Source: Octopus sinensis (lineage: Eukaryota). From it: 64,000 bases of DNA. The position numbers were made by a program, and so were the translations under genes. The notes beneath the pieces were generated by a model. The model had not been told where the DNA came from and ran no database searches. It worked only from the letters and a program-made list of their open reading frames with translations. Shown here one piece after another: positions 39,583-52,874 of the stretch. The DNA lies in contig NC_043012.1 of NCBI RefSeq assembly GCF_006345805.1, positions 2,604,001 through 2,668,000 on the forward strand. Reading direction: 5' to 3'. Position 1 is the first letter of the stretch. Each line of letters begins with the position of its first letter.

Positions 39583-40089
39583 CACACACATGTATATATA
39601 TATATATATATCTTCTTTTACTTGTTTCAGTCATTTGACTGCAACCATGCTGGAGCACCGCCTTTAGTCAGGACTTGTTCTGTCGGTCTCTTTTGTCAAA
39701 CTGCTAAGTTATGGGGACATAAGCACACCAACATCGGTTATAGTAAAGTTAAAAGATAAAATAACATTTTAGAATCGTTGACTATAAGCATTATAGTTTT
39801 GTGAGTTGAGAAAAATTCTGTTGAAACTAAATGGTTTAGGGTTCTGTCCTACTGTGTGTCAGCTTGGCATGTGTCTTCTACCATAGCCTCTATTGAACTG
39901 AAACTTTGTGAGCGCAATTTCTGTGACCAAACTGTGTGGAAGTCTATTGAAAAGTCTGCTATTAAATGCATCACCCTGTTTAACACCACTATATTTTCTT
40001 TTGGGTACCTTTTAGCAGTATGTTCTTTTGCGAGCATTTGGATCTGCACTCTAACCCTTCTTACTGCCAGTTTTGGAAAAGGAGGATCA

Positions 40090-40293
40090 TGAGCCTAGTA
40101 CTAGGTACCACACTAGATCACAGCTATTAGGTACCACTTTAGATTACAGCAAGTGGATGTTACTAGAACACAGCTATTGGATACCGCTGGATTATAGTTA
40201 TTTGGATCCATTTTAAATTAAAGCTGTTAGATACCACTACATTATAACTTCCAGATACTACTTTAGATTACAGCTAGTAAATACAATTAGATT
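40090..40293. repeat. degenerate minisatellite of about 24-25 bp
   Basis: unit tagattacagctatt(a/g)gataccac; resumes after the SINE at 40682. Confidence 0.75.
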
Positions 40294-40681
40294 GGAGGCG
40301 CAATGGCCCAGTTGTTAGGGCAGCGGACTCGCGGTCATAGGATCGCAGTTTCGATTCCCAGATCGGGCGTTGTGAGTGTTTATTGAGCGAAAACACCTAA
40401 AAGCTCCACGAGGCTCCGGCAGGGGATGGTGATGATCCCTGCTGTACTCTTTTGCTACAACTTTCTCTCACTCTTACTTCCTGTTTCTATTGTACCTGTA
40501 TTTCAAAGGGCCGGCCTTGTCACTCTCTGTGTCACGCTGAATATCCCCGAGAACTACGTTAAGGGTACACGTGTCTGTGGAGTGCTCAGCCACTTACACG
40601 TTAATTTCACGAGCAGGCTGTTCCGTTGATTCGGATCAACCGGAACCCTCGTTGTCATAACCGACGGAGTGCTTCCATTCC
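40294..40681 (+). mobile_element. young tRNA-derived SINE family C with 11-bp TSD
   Basis: head ggaggcgcaatggcccag...tttcgattccc; TSD ACAATTAGATT at 40283-40293 and 40682-40692; interrupts a minisatellite. Confidence 0.93.
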
Positions 40682-42306
40682 ACAATTAGATTACAGCTAT
40701 TGAGTATGAGTGTATTACTCAGTACTGCTGGATTGCCATGATTTCTTGTGTCGTTCTCATTAAATGTGCCTGTTTACATGCATCATTTGTCAAAATTAGA
40801 TAATGTGAGATATTACGTGTAATAGTTAATTGTTTCTTATCTGCATCAGTTTCATATTGTGAATCAAGTTAGTCTCAACTTTCTCATTCATATGTTTCGT
40901 CAGACCTACCCTAACTTGAATATCATGTTAGATTTGCTATGACTTATAAAGAAGTCTAACTTGCTGAGAGTAATGCATATTCTAAATCTCAAACAGTACA
41001 ATGCTTTTTGTGACTTATAGATGCCTCTTTCAACTATAATAAAGACAATGTGTTGAAGGACAATAGCTGCTCTGAACTACAATAGAGACAGTGTCAAAAG
41101 AGAATAGTTTTAAACTTATATACATAAAAATGTTCACTGGAGTGAAATTACTGGTTAACCACTGTAAAGTATACTGTTACAATGGTATGTATTACAGTTA
41201 AGATATCCTGCACCTTTGTATGATAGAAACTAGCTCAAAAGAGTTATGCAGCCGCAAACACCTGCAATCCACTAAATGAGTTTCTATGTCATTGGTTGAC
41301 CTTTTAGAAATAGCAGTTGACTCTGCCTAATATCACATGCTATAGTTTTAAGAAAGATATGAACAAGATTTTGGATCATGTAGTTCTTGATAAAGTTTGT
41401 CTGGCTAAAAGACATGATAGTCGTAGTTGGCCTGGAGTTAAATATCAATTCCACCCAATCAGTATCTGAATTTACTATTTCTTTTTTATCCTGTCTTGCT
41501 TTGGATCACCTCACCTTTTACTCTTCAATTACAATTGTTTCATTCATTATATTTAATCAACTGTAATCAAGCGGGTTTATGGCTAAAGGTATTCATTCCT
41601 ACCATGACCATCTCATCATTTTCTTTTCTGTTTTTTTTAAATGGTAGACTGATAGGAGAAATATGTGTCTGCTGCTTACAGGCAAGTTGAGCAACCTCAT
41701 GGAGATCTTCGTGTTGAAGTTTTGTCTGTATTATTGTTACACGGTTCGGGTGCCAAGCTACTGAGTTTAAAATTTTACCATACCATTGTGTATCTCTGGA
41801 TAAGTTATTACGCCTCTGTTTGCCTCAGACTACCTGGATAGCATTGGGTTCCATTTTTTACTTTGTGATTACAGGGAATCCATATGTAAAGAAAAAACCC
41901 CAACAAAAACAAAAGAGAAATTCTTCCAACAGTCTGCAGATACTGAAATTTACCCAACCTATTCCATCATTGTTTACGAAAAAAAAAAAACTTTAAAGAA
42001 ATTCACACTTTTATTTTAGTTTATTTTATTATCGCTCACCGATATTAGATCAACATCAGCATGATTTTACTGCTGTTATTGAATATTGGTGTTAGAATCT
42101 TTCAAATCATTATTCATGCATGATTTTATATTGGAATTGCTGAAAATATCCAATATTATGTATCATGTTAATGGAGAATCTATGGATAGCTTATTTAGTT
42201 CTATTTTTTTCTCACCATACTTCTCTTCTACAATCTCTCTTCTCTCTTTCATCCTTCTTTTACTCTTCTATGTTCTTGTCTTTCTTTACTATTTCCGACT
42301 CACTGT

Positions 42307-42358
<52 letters not shown>

Positions 42359-42509
42359 TTCTAACTCCCCACCTCTCTCTCTCTCTCTTCCTTTCCCTCT
42401 TTGTTAGCATGGTACCGACTTTGGTTTTGTTCCTGTCATCATTACCATCCATCCATCCCCTTCTATTGATTTGAATGTGGCTCATCGATGTCATATCCGT
42501 TTATTGCAG

Positions 42510-42621
42510 CTCTCTTCTCAAGTGGACTTACCAGTTCTTCCGTAAACAGGCAGCCAAATGCATTTATGCGGTGTACAATTCATTTACGAGCGGCTACCGA
42601 AAGCTTTATAACATGTGGTAG
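42510..42621 (+). CDS. candidate alternative terminal exon of MICAL
   Basis: ttattgcag| then phase-2 frame SLLKWTYQFFRKQAAKCIYAVYNSFTSGYRKLYNMW*; non-repetitive, GC/CpG-richer than flanks; no homology support. Confidence 0.35.
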
Positions 42622-43355
42622 TTCTTAATGCCAGCCTTGCCAGAGCAACCGTTCTTGTTTTTTTTCAAGAAATGTTACGATATTTTTCTTTGATTTCCAC
42701 TGAGTTAGTTGGAACTATTTTTTCTTGAAATCCGAACAAGAAAGTGAAGCATGATATAAGGAGATACAAATAAATAAAATAAAATTACTGTTATTATTAT
42801 TATCATATATATTGTTAAAATAAGTTAAATATTGTTCTCAACTAGTTTATAATTTATTGTTATTATTATTATTATTATTATTATTAATCTATATTTATTT
42901 ATTAGCACAATCTCTAGTCATGCTAAAATGTTAACTAATGTGTATGTATGTATGTATGTGTGTGCATATATATACATACATACATACATATATATTTATA
43001 TATGCGTGTGTTTTTATATACATATATGCATACGTGTGTGTGTTTATACACACATACATATATACATGCATACATGTAATGCATATATTCTCATTGTACT
43101 CTTGGAGTGTCTTAAGAGATGCCATGTGCTCAGTACTCTAAACAAAGCTAAATTAATGTTATTTAATATACATGCAAGGATTCACATATAAAATACACTA
43201 AAAAGTATATTATTATTTTGATATTAGCATCAGGTGCTTTCTAGTATATTTTCTATGTGTATGTGCATAACTACATATATGTAGGTATGTTGTATGAATG
43301 TATATTTAATGTGAATATGTGTATATATATGTATATTTATGTGTGTGTGTGTGTG

Positions 43356-43395
<40 letters not shown>

Positions 43396-43619
43396 TATAC
43401 TTGTGGTACATATATATTTATAAGTACATATACACAATGTACATATATATATGCACACATATGTACATATGTTTGTGTATGTATACACATTTCTATTAAC
43501 GTTGCATTTATATTGATGTATATGTGTGTGTATGTATATATGTGTGTGTCTCTCTGTGTGTGTGTGTGCGTATATATAAATATATATATGTATGTATATT
43601 AATTGTGTGCATATATATC

Positions 43620-44029
43620 ATGGTCTTTCCTCTTGTCCTTGATGGCTTGGGATAAAAATTGGCCCTTTCTCACCTTGTATGAGGAATACTAAATGTCTTC
43701 ATGCACGACCTGCCTGATAAGAAACTCAGACACTCCTATAATCACCATTAGACTCATCCAGCATTTTCCAAACTCTCTGCACTGTCCTATGATTGACGCC
43801 CAAACACTTTGAAATGTTCGTATTGCAGCTTCCAGTGCAAATGCCAAGCAGTACAGCATGTTGTTTCAAAATTTCTGGCATAGAGAATTGCATCAAGGTG
43901 CTGTTTTTCTCACACACAGTGCCCAACTGACCCTACTATACTGTGTAGTTGACAAAATCAAAAACAAAGAATGCACATGTGCAAAATTAAGAACTTAAAA
44001 TGGCAACAATTCACCCACCGTGCCCTGTA
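43620..44029 (-). mobile_element. internally deleted Tc1/mariner element (TIR plus transposase N-terminus)
   Basis: minus strand starts TA|CAGGGCACGG; HTH-like NISKCLGVNHRTVQRVWKMLDE and SEFLIRQVVHEDI..SYKVRKGQFLS. Confidence 0.75.
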
Positions 44030-44616
44030 TTTATTTACACCGACATTACCCCCTTGATTTGAAAGGAAGAAAGTCATAGATTCTTTGAATTCCAAAGGTT
44101 AATTGAATCTATTCATATGGAGAATACAATTATAAATATAAAAATTATAAAACAAATACAATAAAATAAATTAATATCTTCATTATGAAGCAAAAGGATT
44201 TTTCCAGAAACTTTTCCACTTCAAGTTTTGGAGAAATGATATTTCATTTTTGTTACAATTACATCAAAATTGGGGCTTTTTGATGCCAGAGCAATTTGGA
44301 TACAATCTTCAGGGTCCAGTAACTACTTATATTTACTTAAAGAAAGCAAAAACATGCATGACAAAAAATAAGGTTAAGATTGGTAATAGACAGTTGACAA
44401 ATAATATCTGTTTAGTCACTAGACAACACCTTAGCAACCAAATTGTTTCTAGTTTAAAATAGTGTGATGTCTCCTAAACATGTCCATTACATTGGACAGA
44501 CACAGTGTTGCCAGAAGAAAAACACGTTTTTTATATAATTTATATCTAATGAGTCCTCATTACCTGCAAGAATCTCATTTTTACCCCACTGGGGTAATTT
44601 ACCTCAGTTTGCTGGC

Positions 44617-44682
<66 letters not shown>

Positions 44683-44934
44683 GTGTGTTTGTGTATATAT
44701 GTATGTGTGTTTGTGTATATATGTATGTGTGTATGCGTATGTATGTATGTATGTGTGTACATGTATGTATATATGCATATATCTACGTGTATAAATGTAT
44801 ATATGATTATGTATGTGTATTGTGGTTTGGGGTGCATTATTCCTGAAAAATAGTTGTTAGAATTTCAGCTTGAATACCTTTGATTATTAGTCTGATCAGG
44901 ATTCACCTGAGGTTGCTCTGTTACAATGTCATAT

Positions 44935-45380
44935 ATCCTGAAATTTTGCAGGAAAGAACTAGTTGATTATGTCAACCCCAGTGTTTCACTGGTACTTAAT
45001 TTATTGACCCAGAAAGGATGAAATGCAATGTCAACCTTGGCAGAATTTGAACTCAGAACATTAAGATGGACAAAATTCTGCTAAGTATTTTGCCCGGCAT
45101 ACTAACGATTCTGCCAGTTCACTGCCATAAAATAGTAATAATAATAATAATAATGATGATAATGATAGCAACCCTTTCTACTAAAGGCGCAGGCCTGAAA
45201 TTTGGTAGGAAGGGACTAGTTGATTAGATTGACCCCAGTGTTTCACTGGTACTTAATTTATCGACCCCGAAAGGATGAAAGGCAAAGTTGACCTTGGCAG
45301 GATTTGAACTCAGAATGTAAAGAGCCCATATGAATGCTACATTTTCTGATACTTTAATGATTCTGCCAACTCAATGCCTT
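44935..45380 (-). mobile_element. two SINE family B copies, antisense
   Basis: reverse complement ...gaaaggatgaaaggcaaagttgacc...tttgaactcagaa. Confidence 0.85.
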
Positions 45381-46549
45381 GCATACTGGCACACATCCAG
45401 TATAGTTAGTGACACATACACACACACAGCTTAAGGGTATAGTTTCAATCTGCAGATGGGAAGTTGTGTGTGTTGAGCTATATTTTAGAACACCTAGTGT
45501 GCTTGCATAATTTTTCTCTCTCAAATTCTTACTTAAAATATTTCATATAATTTTAGAAATAAATTATTATTAAAACTATTACATGCTGTATTAATTAGCA
45601 GGGATACTGTCTTGAGGTTCATTTAATTATCTATCTTAGAATTCTTGCAGACTACAAGATTGCACTTTCCTTCATAGCTATCTAATATTTCAGCCTGTTT
45701 TGTATTTGCTGGTTTCTTTGAAAACAGCAAGCAATTTTTTGTTTTGTTCATATTTTGTATTAGTTTTATTAGTTTTCAATTATTAGTTCTGTTTTAAGTA
45801 TTTACCTACTGCATCTATAATATTCTTTCATAACTATTTCCTTCAAATCTGTTTTTTGTACATTGATTCTTAAGTATTTATATACCTGTGTTTATTGTAA
45901 TTCTTTACTTAACATTTGTGTTGTTTATTTCCCTCTCTTACACATTGCCTTAGTGCTGTCTTTTCTTCCAATTCAAATCTTATGTAAATTTTTCTCATAA
46001 ATCCATGCACTATCTGCAGTAGTGTTTCTAATTATTTATCATCTGCTGTTTAAACTCAAGGTCATAATAATATTTATATTTAAGTTCAGTTCTATGTTAA
46101 TGATCAGTTAAAGACATTGGGGACAGATAGGGAAGAGATGAAGAAGCATTCCCTTGTGATAGGTTCAGTTTGTATAATTCCCTCCTTTGTAGGTATCTGC
46201 AAAATTGTTTGACTTTTACTATTGACATGTTTCCATGTAACTTCTCATGATTGATTATACTTTACTCTCGGCTTTTATTATTATTGTTTTTGTTATTGAA
46301 ATGGTAACATGCCCAACTAAACTATAGTGTTATTTAGTTCTACTCTGTTCTGATTCTAGATCCCACCTATGTCATCTTTACTACTGATTAATCCAGGGGC
46401 AATACAAAAAAATAACATTTATGTTCTGGAATTGGGGTGTAGTTTGCAAAATTTGTGGTTTTATACCTGTAACAGTAATTCAGGTTTCTAAGTTCAAATC
46501 CAATTAAAGTCAACTTTGTTTCCCACTTTATCATTATTGTTATTATTTC

Positions 46550-47155
46550 AAATTTGTTTATTTATTTCACCCCTATGATGGAATTTAGGTGGATAACAAG
46601 TCAACACCTGTGGCCTCAGCCAGCCAAAAACTTTCAAATGATTTTTGCTATTCCTAACAAGCAGGCCAGTTGCATGTATTCCTTGCACTTCTGCAAGCCA
46701 ACATTTTCTGTTCACTTCTTGAGCCTCTGCGCCATCATTCCTAAAGTGCCAATGACAATTGGTACAACTCCACTTATTCTGAAACCCCACAATTTATTTA
46801 TCTCTCTCTTCAGGTCCTTGTGTATATTTACCTTGTTGATTTTTTTTCTTTTATTTTATTTTTGCATCAAATGAACAGTCCACATTGGTTATGTACCAAG
46901 TCTGTTTCCTTTTCTCAAACGCCAAGACATCTGGTTTGTTATGCTCTAGGATATGATCTGTTTGGATAGGAAAGTCCCAAAGAAGTTTAATTTAATCATT
47001 CTCAGTTACCTTTTCAGGTACACGTTCATACCACTTGTGTCCTGATGGAAATCCATACTACTTATACATTTCCAGATGGATGATCTTTGCAACATTATCA
47101 CGTCTCCAAGATTAGTACTGTTTCTGTGCGAGTTTAGAACATTCACTTACCACAT
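46550..47155 (-). mobile_element. second decayed RLE-type LINE 3-prime fragment
   Basis: minus-strand fragments SECSKLAQKQY, LLWDFPIQTDHILEHNKPDV, VVPIVIGTLG, MQLACLLGIAKI; ATT-rich flanks. Confidence 0.85.
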
Positions 47156-47346
47156 ATGAGGCCACTATTGTTTTTATTATTATTAATGTTATTATTATCA
47201 TTATTATTATTTTTAACTCTGGTTTTGTTGGAACTCCTTGAGTCTTATATGCATAGCGGGCTTGCTACCTGCAGTGTCATATTGTCAATTCTTCTCAACT
47301 ATCTAATACTTTCCTGGTTATTCTGGCCATGCCAAGGAGGCAAACC

Positions 47347-47396
<50 letters not shown>

Positions 47397-49389
47397 GTTA
47401 AGGCAGTGAGCTAGCAGAATCATTAGCATGCTGGACAAAGTGCTTAGGGGTATTTCGCCCATGTTCTGAGTTCAAATTCCGCCGAGGTCAACTTTACCTT
47501 TCATCCTTTCAGGGTCAATAAATTAAGTACCAGTAAAACACTGAGGATTGATGTAATTGACTAGTCTCCCTCCCCCCATTTCAGGCCTTGTGCATATAGT
47601 AGAAAAGATTATTATTATTATTATTTGAGTAGTGAGCTGGCAGAATCATTAGCATGTCAGACAAAATGCTTTGTGGCATTTCTTCTGACTCCCTATGTTC
47701 TGAGTTCAAACCTTGCTGAGATTGCCTTTCATCTTTTCAAGGTTGATGAAATAAGTACCAGACAAGCACTGGGACCAATGTAATTGAATAGCTCCAGCCT
47801 TCCAAAATTTTAGACTATGTGCTTCTAGTAGAATGGATTGTTGTTGTTGTATTATTGTCGAAACTGTAAGAAATAATGTTAAAACTCTGTAAAATATTAT
47901 TAAGACTGTATGAAATATTAAAACTATATGAAACAATATTAAGACATATAAAATGATTTTAAAGCTTTTTGAAATGTTAAAATTATCTGAAATATTCAGA
48001 CTTTGAAATAGAATAGAATAACAATTTTAGGGACTGCAGTGATGCTAGGAAATAGCTGAAGTGCATTTATACCAAAGATTCAATATTGATATCAGTTGTT
48101 CAAAATTTAATAATCTATTGGCTTTTGTCTATTTGAGAAGTTTCTGGAAAAAAAAAATTTTTTTCTCGGAAATCCCCACACTTAAAAAAAAAATGTTTTT
48201 TCAGTAATTTCAGATATATGAGAAATATTCTATTGTGACGAGTGTTTGATCTTTATAGAGAGTAAAACATATGAAATATTCCTCATATATCTGAAATTAT
48301 TAGATTTTAGAGTAGAGATCAATAGCTAAGGTGTTTCGTTCCATAGTTCCAAACAGATTTGTTTTATCAAATTTGCGTGATGTTTTTGGACAGATCGTCT
48401 ATTTTTTTCTTTTCTTTTTGATAACCGAGATCTGCTTTAACGAAAGTAAATGAACAAAAAGTAAATATCTTTGTTCTTTATCCCTCAACTTAGTTGAGGG
48501 TATCTTGTTTTGTGAGTACTTGGTGACCTCACTAGTGCTGGTGCCACATAAAAAGTACCCAATACACTGTAAAGTGGCTGGTTTTAGGAAGGGCATCCAG
48601 CTGTTGAACCCATGCCAAAGCAGACATTAGAACTTAGTGCAGCCCCCTAACTTACCTGTTCACATTGAACCCTCCAACACATGTCAGCATAAAAAAAGGG
48701 ATGTTAAATGACGATAGTGATGATATATGGGAGGGGACTAGTGTTAGGGTGTTGCGCTCACAATTACGAGATAGTGATTTCGATACTCAGATTGGGCAGT
48801 GCATTGTGTTCTTGAGCAAAGCACTTCATTTCACATTGCTTTGACACCTGATGCGTGGCACAGCACGCACCTGTACAGGCTTTGTTGATTTACAGGAGAG
48901 AGTGAGCTCATATACAGCACGTACATTTGATCACTATAAACAAATCGTCTGTGCAGGTTATTCAGCAAAAAAGTGTGGAATCATCTTTCTCAGACTACAG
49001 GAGATTACCAAGAAACATGTATACTTATTGCTATGAAGATAAAATGATTCATCCAGATATAAAAGACCACTTATTAGTAACCTAAATATATCCTAACTTA
49101 AGATTGTGTAAGTTTGTAGACCTATTGTCTATGCGGTGCCATGTAAAAGCACCCAACACACCCTGTAAAGTGGTTGGCATAGGGAGGACATCCATCTGTA
49201 GAAACCATACCAAATCAGACTGGAGTTTGATTTGGTATGGTTTCCCCAGCTAGCCAGCTCTGGTCACACTGTCCACCCCATGCCAGCATGGACAATAGAT
49301 GGTGATGGTGAATGAACCGTTAGCCAAGGGTAAGACATTCCATATATTAGGATCTCTTTCTTTTTTCTCTTAAAATCATATCTTTCTTT

Positions 49390-49541
49390 ATATAATTATG
49401 TAGTAACTGGCCTTTCTAATATAGAATTATATAGTAAGTAGCTTTTCTAGAGAATTATAATAGAATATGGCCTATCTAATATGGAATATATATAAAGTAT
49501 CAAGCCTGTCTAATATAGAAATTATATAATAATTTGTCTGT

Positions 49542-49545
<4 letters not shown>
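49390..49545. repeat. AT-rich minisatellite of about 30 bp
   Basis: gcct(t/a/g)tctaatatagaattatata units. Confidence 0.65.
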
Positions 49546-49592
<47 letters not shown>

Positions 49593-49855
49593 GGAGTGTC
49601 AGTAAATCATAAATCCAAAAGAGAATCTAAGTTATAGAGCAGTAGAGTATTTAGAGAAATAATGTTATGGGTGGTTCATAGGGTTACCCAGGATTTCGTA
49701 TCCATATATACAGAACTGTATGGTGTGAGACTTATTTAATATAGAATTCGATATTATCTGGTTTGTCTAATATGTATTAAAAAGTTCATTTTATACCCAA
49801 CAATATTCATTATGTTTCTAGAATTATAAATTTATAAACATATCTAATCTATTTA

Positions 49856-50228
49856 TTATCTCTGCCTTGGCAAAGGCAGAGGTATTGTTTTCAATCATGT
49901 ATGTTTGTTTGTTTGTCTGTGGACAAAATATCCCAAGAACTGCTGGATGGATTTGGATGAAACTTTCAGGGATGTGTGGCCTCATGACTGGCATAAACTG
50001 ATTAGATTTTGGAATCGATCCAGTACCAGACAAGGATTCTGGATTATTTATCCATTTTTTTTTTTAAACTTAATTTTTTAGAGCGATTGGGTCCATTTTT
50101 AGTATTCTCGTTTGTGAGAGGAGTCGAGTTTATTTCAGATATTCTCATTTTAAAAATCATCTCTGGCTAATCGTTGTGAGTATGTTGGTGTTGCCTTGGC
50201 AGAGGTTTGCGCTCTCTAAGTTCTCTTG
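49856..50228 (+). mobile_element. Helentron-associated (HINE/DINE-1-like) element
   Basis: 5-prime CTCTGCCTTGGCAAAGGCAGAG inverted repeat, (GTTT)n, 3-prime CCTTGGCAGAGGT sub-TIR followed by a short hairpin, T-rich flanks. Confidence 0.75.
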
Positions 50229-50811
50229 TTTATTTTGCAATGATACTTAATTCTACTGTTTTATTTCAACTCTCAAGAATGCTCATTTTGCAAAAAATAT
50301 AAAGTGCTAAGATAAATCGAAACCAAATATATTTATAAAAAAAAAAAATTTTCTTTTCTCAGTCACAAGACTGTCGTTAGATACCAAAGTATGGAATCAC
50401 TATAAAATGCAATCACATTTTGTTATTGTTGATCTTATATATATATCACACACATACATATAACAACTTTTACAGAGTGTGCCAAAGAGAAAGGATGGCT
50501 GGAGGGAAAAGTTTATCACGTATTCAATTTGAGAATTCAGTTATCGTTTTAGTAATATCCTCTAATTACAGAAAAAACCTTCAAGCTAATTTATATGTAT
50601 TTTTCTTGTTTCTTGTGTGTATTAATGAGAGAGGGAGAGGGGGGGAATGTTGTAGAATACCAGGAATAAATGCCTTGCGGTATCTATGTTTGATCCTTGT
50701 ACATTCTACATTTAAATCTGCCAAAGTTAACTTTGCTTTTCAGCAGTAATATATTGAATTCATGTCTTTACAAACTTGTGTCCTTGTGTCAAATTTTGTT
50801 ATCATCACATA

Positions 50812-50965
50812 CAGGGTTGGCCAAAAGTCACCTGACAGTAAATCAAAACCCATTTAATTCCACGATTGAAACCAAAAATTATTTTATATGAGACTTCGCT
50901 AATAAAGAGACAAATGTTGAAAAACAAATGATGTTTTACTGACTGGTGACTTTTGGCCAAACCTG
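50812..50965. mobile_element. Tc1/mariner-type MITE
   Basis: TA|CAGGGTTGGCCAAAAGTCACC ... GGTGACTTTTGGCCAAACCTG|TA. Confidence 0.9.
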
Positions 50966-51171
50966 TATATATATCAAAAGAAGAAAAAAAGTAAAGTACA
51001 GTAAAGTGCAAAAAATCCCCCAAAATTGGGCTCAGTTGTGGACCTCCGCAATCCACTCTGGTATCCAGTATAGTAAGATGTGGGGTATCAAACTTGAAAT
51101 AGGCTAGAGTGCAGAGTACAAGCCAATATACTAGATAATGAGCATAAAACAGGAGTTGTATTGAAAGCTTT

Positions 51172-51209
<38 letters not shown>

Positions 51210-51885
51210 TATATAAACACACACACATACATACACACACTTATAGCTTTATCTGCTTCGAGATTAACCATTCCAAAAAAACAATTATTTCACTTCTCTT
51301 GAAGTTTTTGAATTCTTATATATATATATATATAATGTATGCATACATACATACATACACATTAATAAAATATATGTATATATATTTGGTGCTATGATTT
51401 GTTATAATCTATCGATCTAAACATTCCAAAACTACAGTATTATCTATTTTTTGTTATTTTACATTTTTTAAATTTCATTTTGTAAATATTTTTACTATAT
51501 ACTTAATATATACTTTAGACATATATGTACACATACATGCATACTGGGTGTTTTATAAAAGGCATCATTTAAATATTTGTTTTAAATTCCTAATCCTGGC
51601 AGACTCATTATGGCACAAATATTGTAAAATAATTAATTACTTAGTGCCTTTAGCAAAAATAATGGGTCCAAGATTTTATGAAAATGAGGCCAGGAGGAAT
51701 AATAATGAACTGCAAAAACACTTGCTCTAAAACCTCTTGTAAAATACCAAAATTCACAGACATAATTGACCCATGTCAGCATGAGGGGAAAAATTATGTA
51801 TAAAAAGATAAAACTTTACATATTTTTTAATCGCTTTAATTTTTGTTATTCCGATTTAAAATAACAAGAAATTCAAATGCTGTTA

Positions 51886-52084
51886 CCATATTTTCTGGTG
51901 TATAAGTTGACGTAGTATAAAAATATAAAGTAAACATTCAAACATTATCACTATCTTTCCAAATTCTGTTGCATTTCACATGAAATTTTTGGTCTGCCAA
52001 ACTTGTCTTGATGTATAGGCCATCCTACGTTTTTGTAGCTGTAAATTTTGATCTGAAATTCAACTTGTATGCTGGAAAATACAG
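51886..52084. mobile_element. Tc2/pogo-like MITE (second copy at about 36751-36929)
   Basis: TA|CCATATTTTC ... GAAAATACAG|TA; both copies share the internal tcactatct..ccaaat body. Confidence 0.7.
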
Positions 52085-52847
52085 TAGCATGGGGTGGGAG
52101 AAATATGCCAAAACCAAACTTTTTATTTTAATTTTTTAATTCCTTTAAATTTTGTTATTCAAAGTTAAAATAATATAAAATTCAAATTTTATATTTGATA
52201 ATTTGTTGCTAAGTGTAAATATTAATTATCAATTTTTTTAGTATTTTCATCTTTAATGAAAAAAAAAAAAAAAAAAAAGAAAAGACAAGAAAAGAAAAAC
52301 CTAATAAATATTTAAAATTTCAACATAACAGTAATTGACTTTTGGTTTCTCAGGTATCTCTGGGTACTAATTCCAATGTTTCATATATTTAAAGAATATG
52401 TTAATAAACTTTCCTGTCTTTTCTACATTGAATCTCACACAGACAAGTACATGCATAATCTATTCCAATTTCCAAGTTTAGTTTTATGATCTATGTACAC
52501 TTACATGTTTCCGGTTCCTATGTTTATCAATCATGAATGATCTCTCTCTCTTTGTCTGTGTCTGTCTGTCAGCACGCACACACACACACTCACACATAAT
52601 GTATATTTTGCTGTAGTCCTCTAATTTTGTTTCAAAGTTTCATTATATATAACCATCTCCCAGTCTGTTTTATATTTGTTCTGCACTAGTCACTGTCACT
52701 CCCTTATGTTTGTAGTTGTTGTATATTTCAAAATTTATGACTTCTCTAGCAAGGTTCAGTGGCTCATTTGAAAAACACTAAAGTCTCTCATAAATTAAAA
52801 TTTCAGAGGTGACTACTCTGAAATGGTTTCTTGTCATTTTCTCCTAG

Positions 52848-52874
52848 TCTGGTGGAGAAATTCAGCTTTCTACT
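52848..52874 (+). CDS. candidate 27-nt phase 2-2 microexon
   Basis: ttgtcattttctcctag|tctggtggagaaattcagctttctact|gtaagc; open in phase 2 (LVEKFSFL). Confidence 0.3.

Noticed and set aside
40294-40370. tRNA-like sequences at SINE heads
   Set aside because: They continue into SINE bodies with TSDs and lack a proper acceptor stem or terminator; not tRNA genes.
41648-41690. Phase-2 open frame after aatggtag (LIGEICVCCLQAS*)
   Set aside because: Lies within a decayed dispersed repeat also seen near 23100 and 23940.
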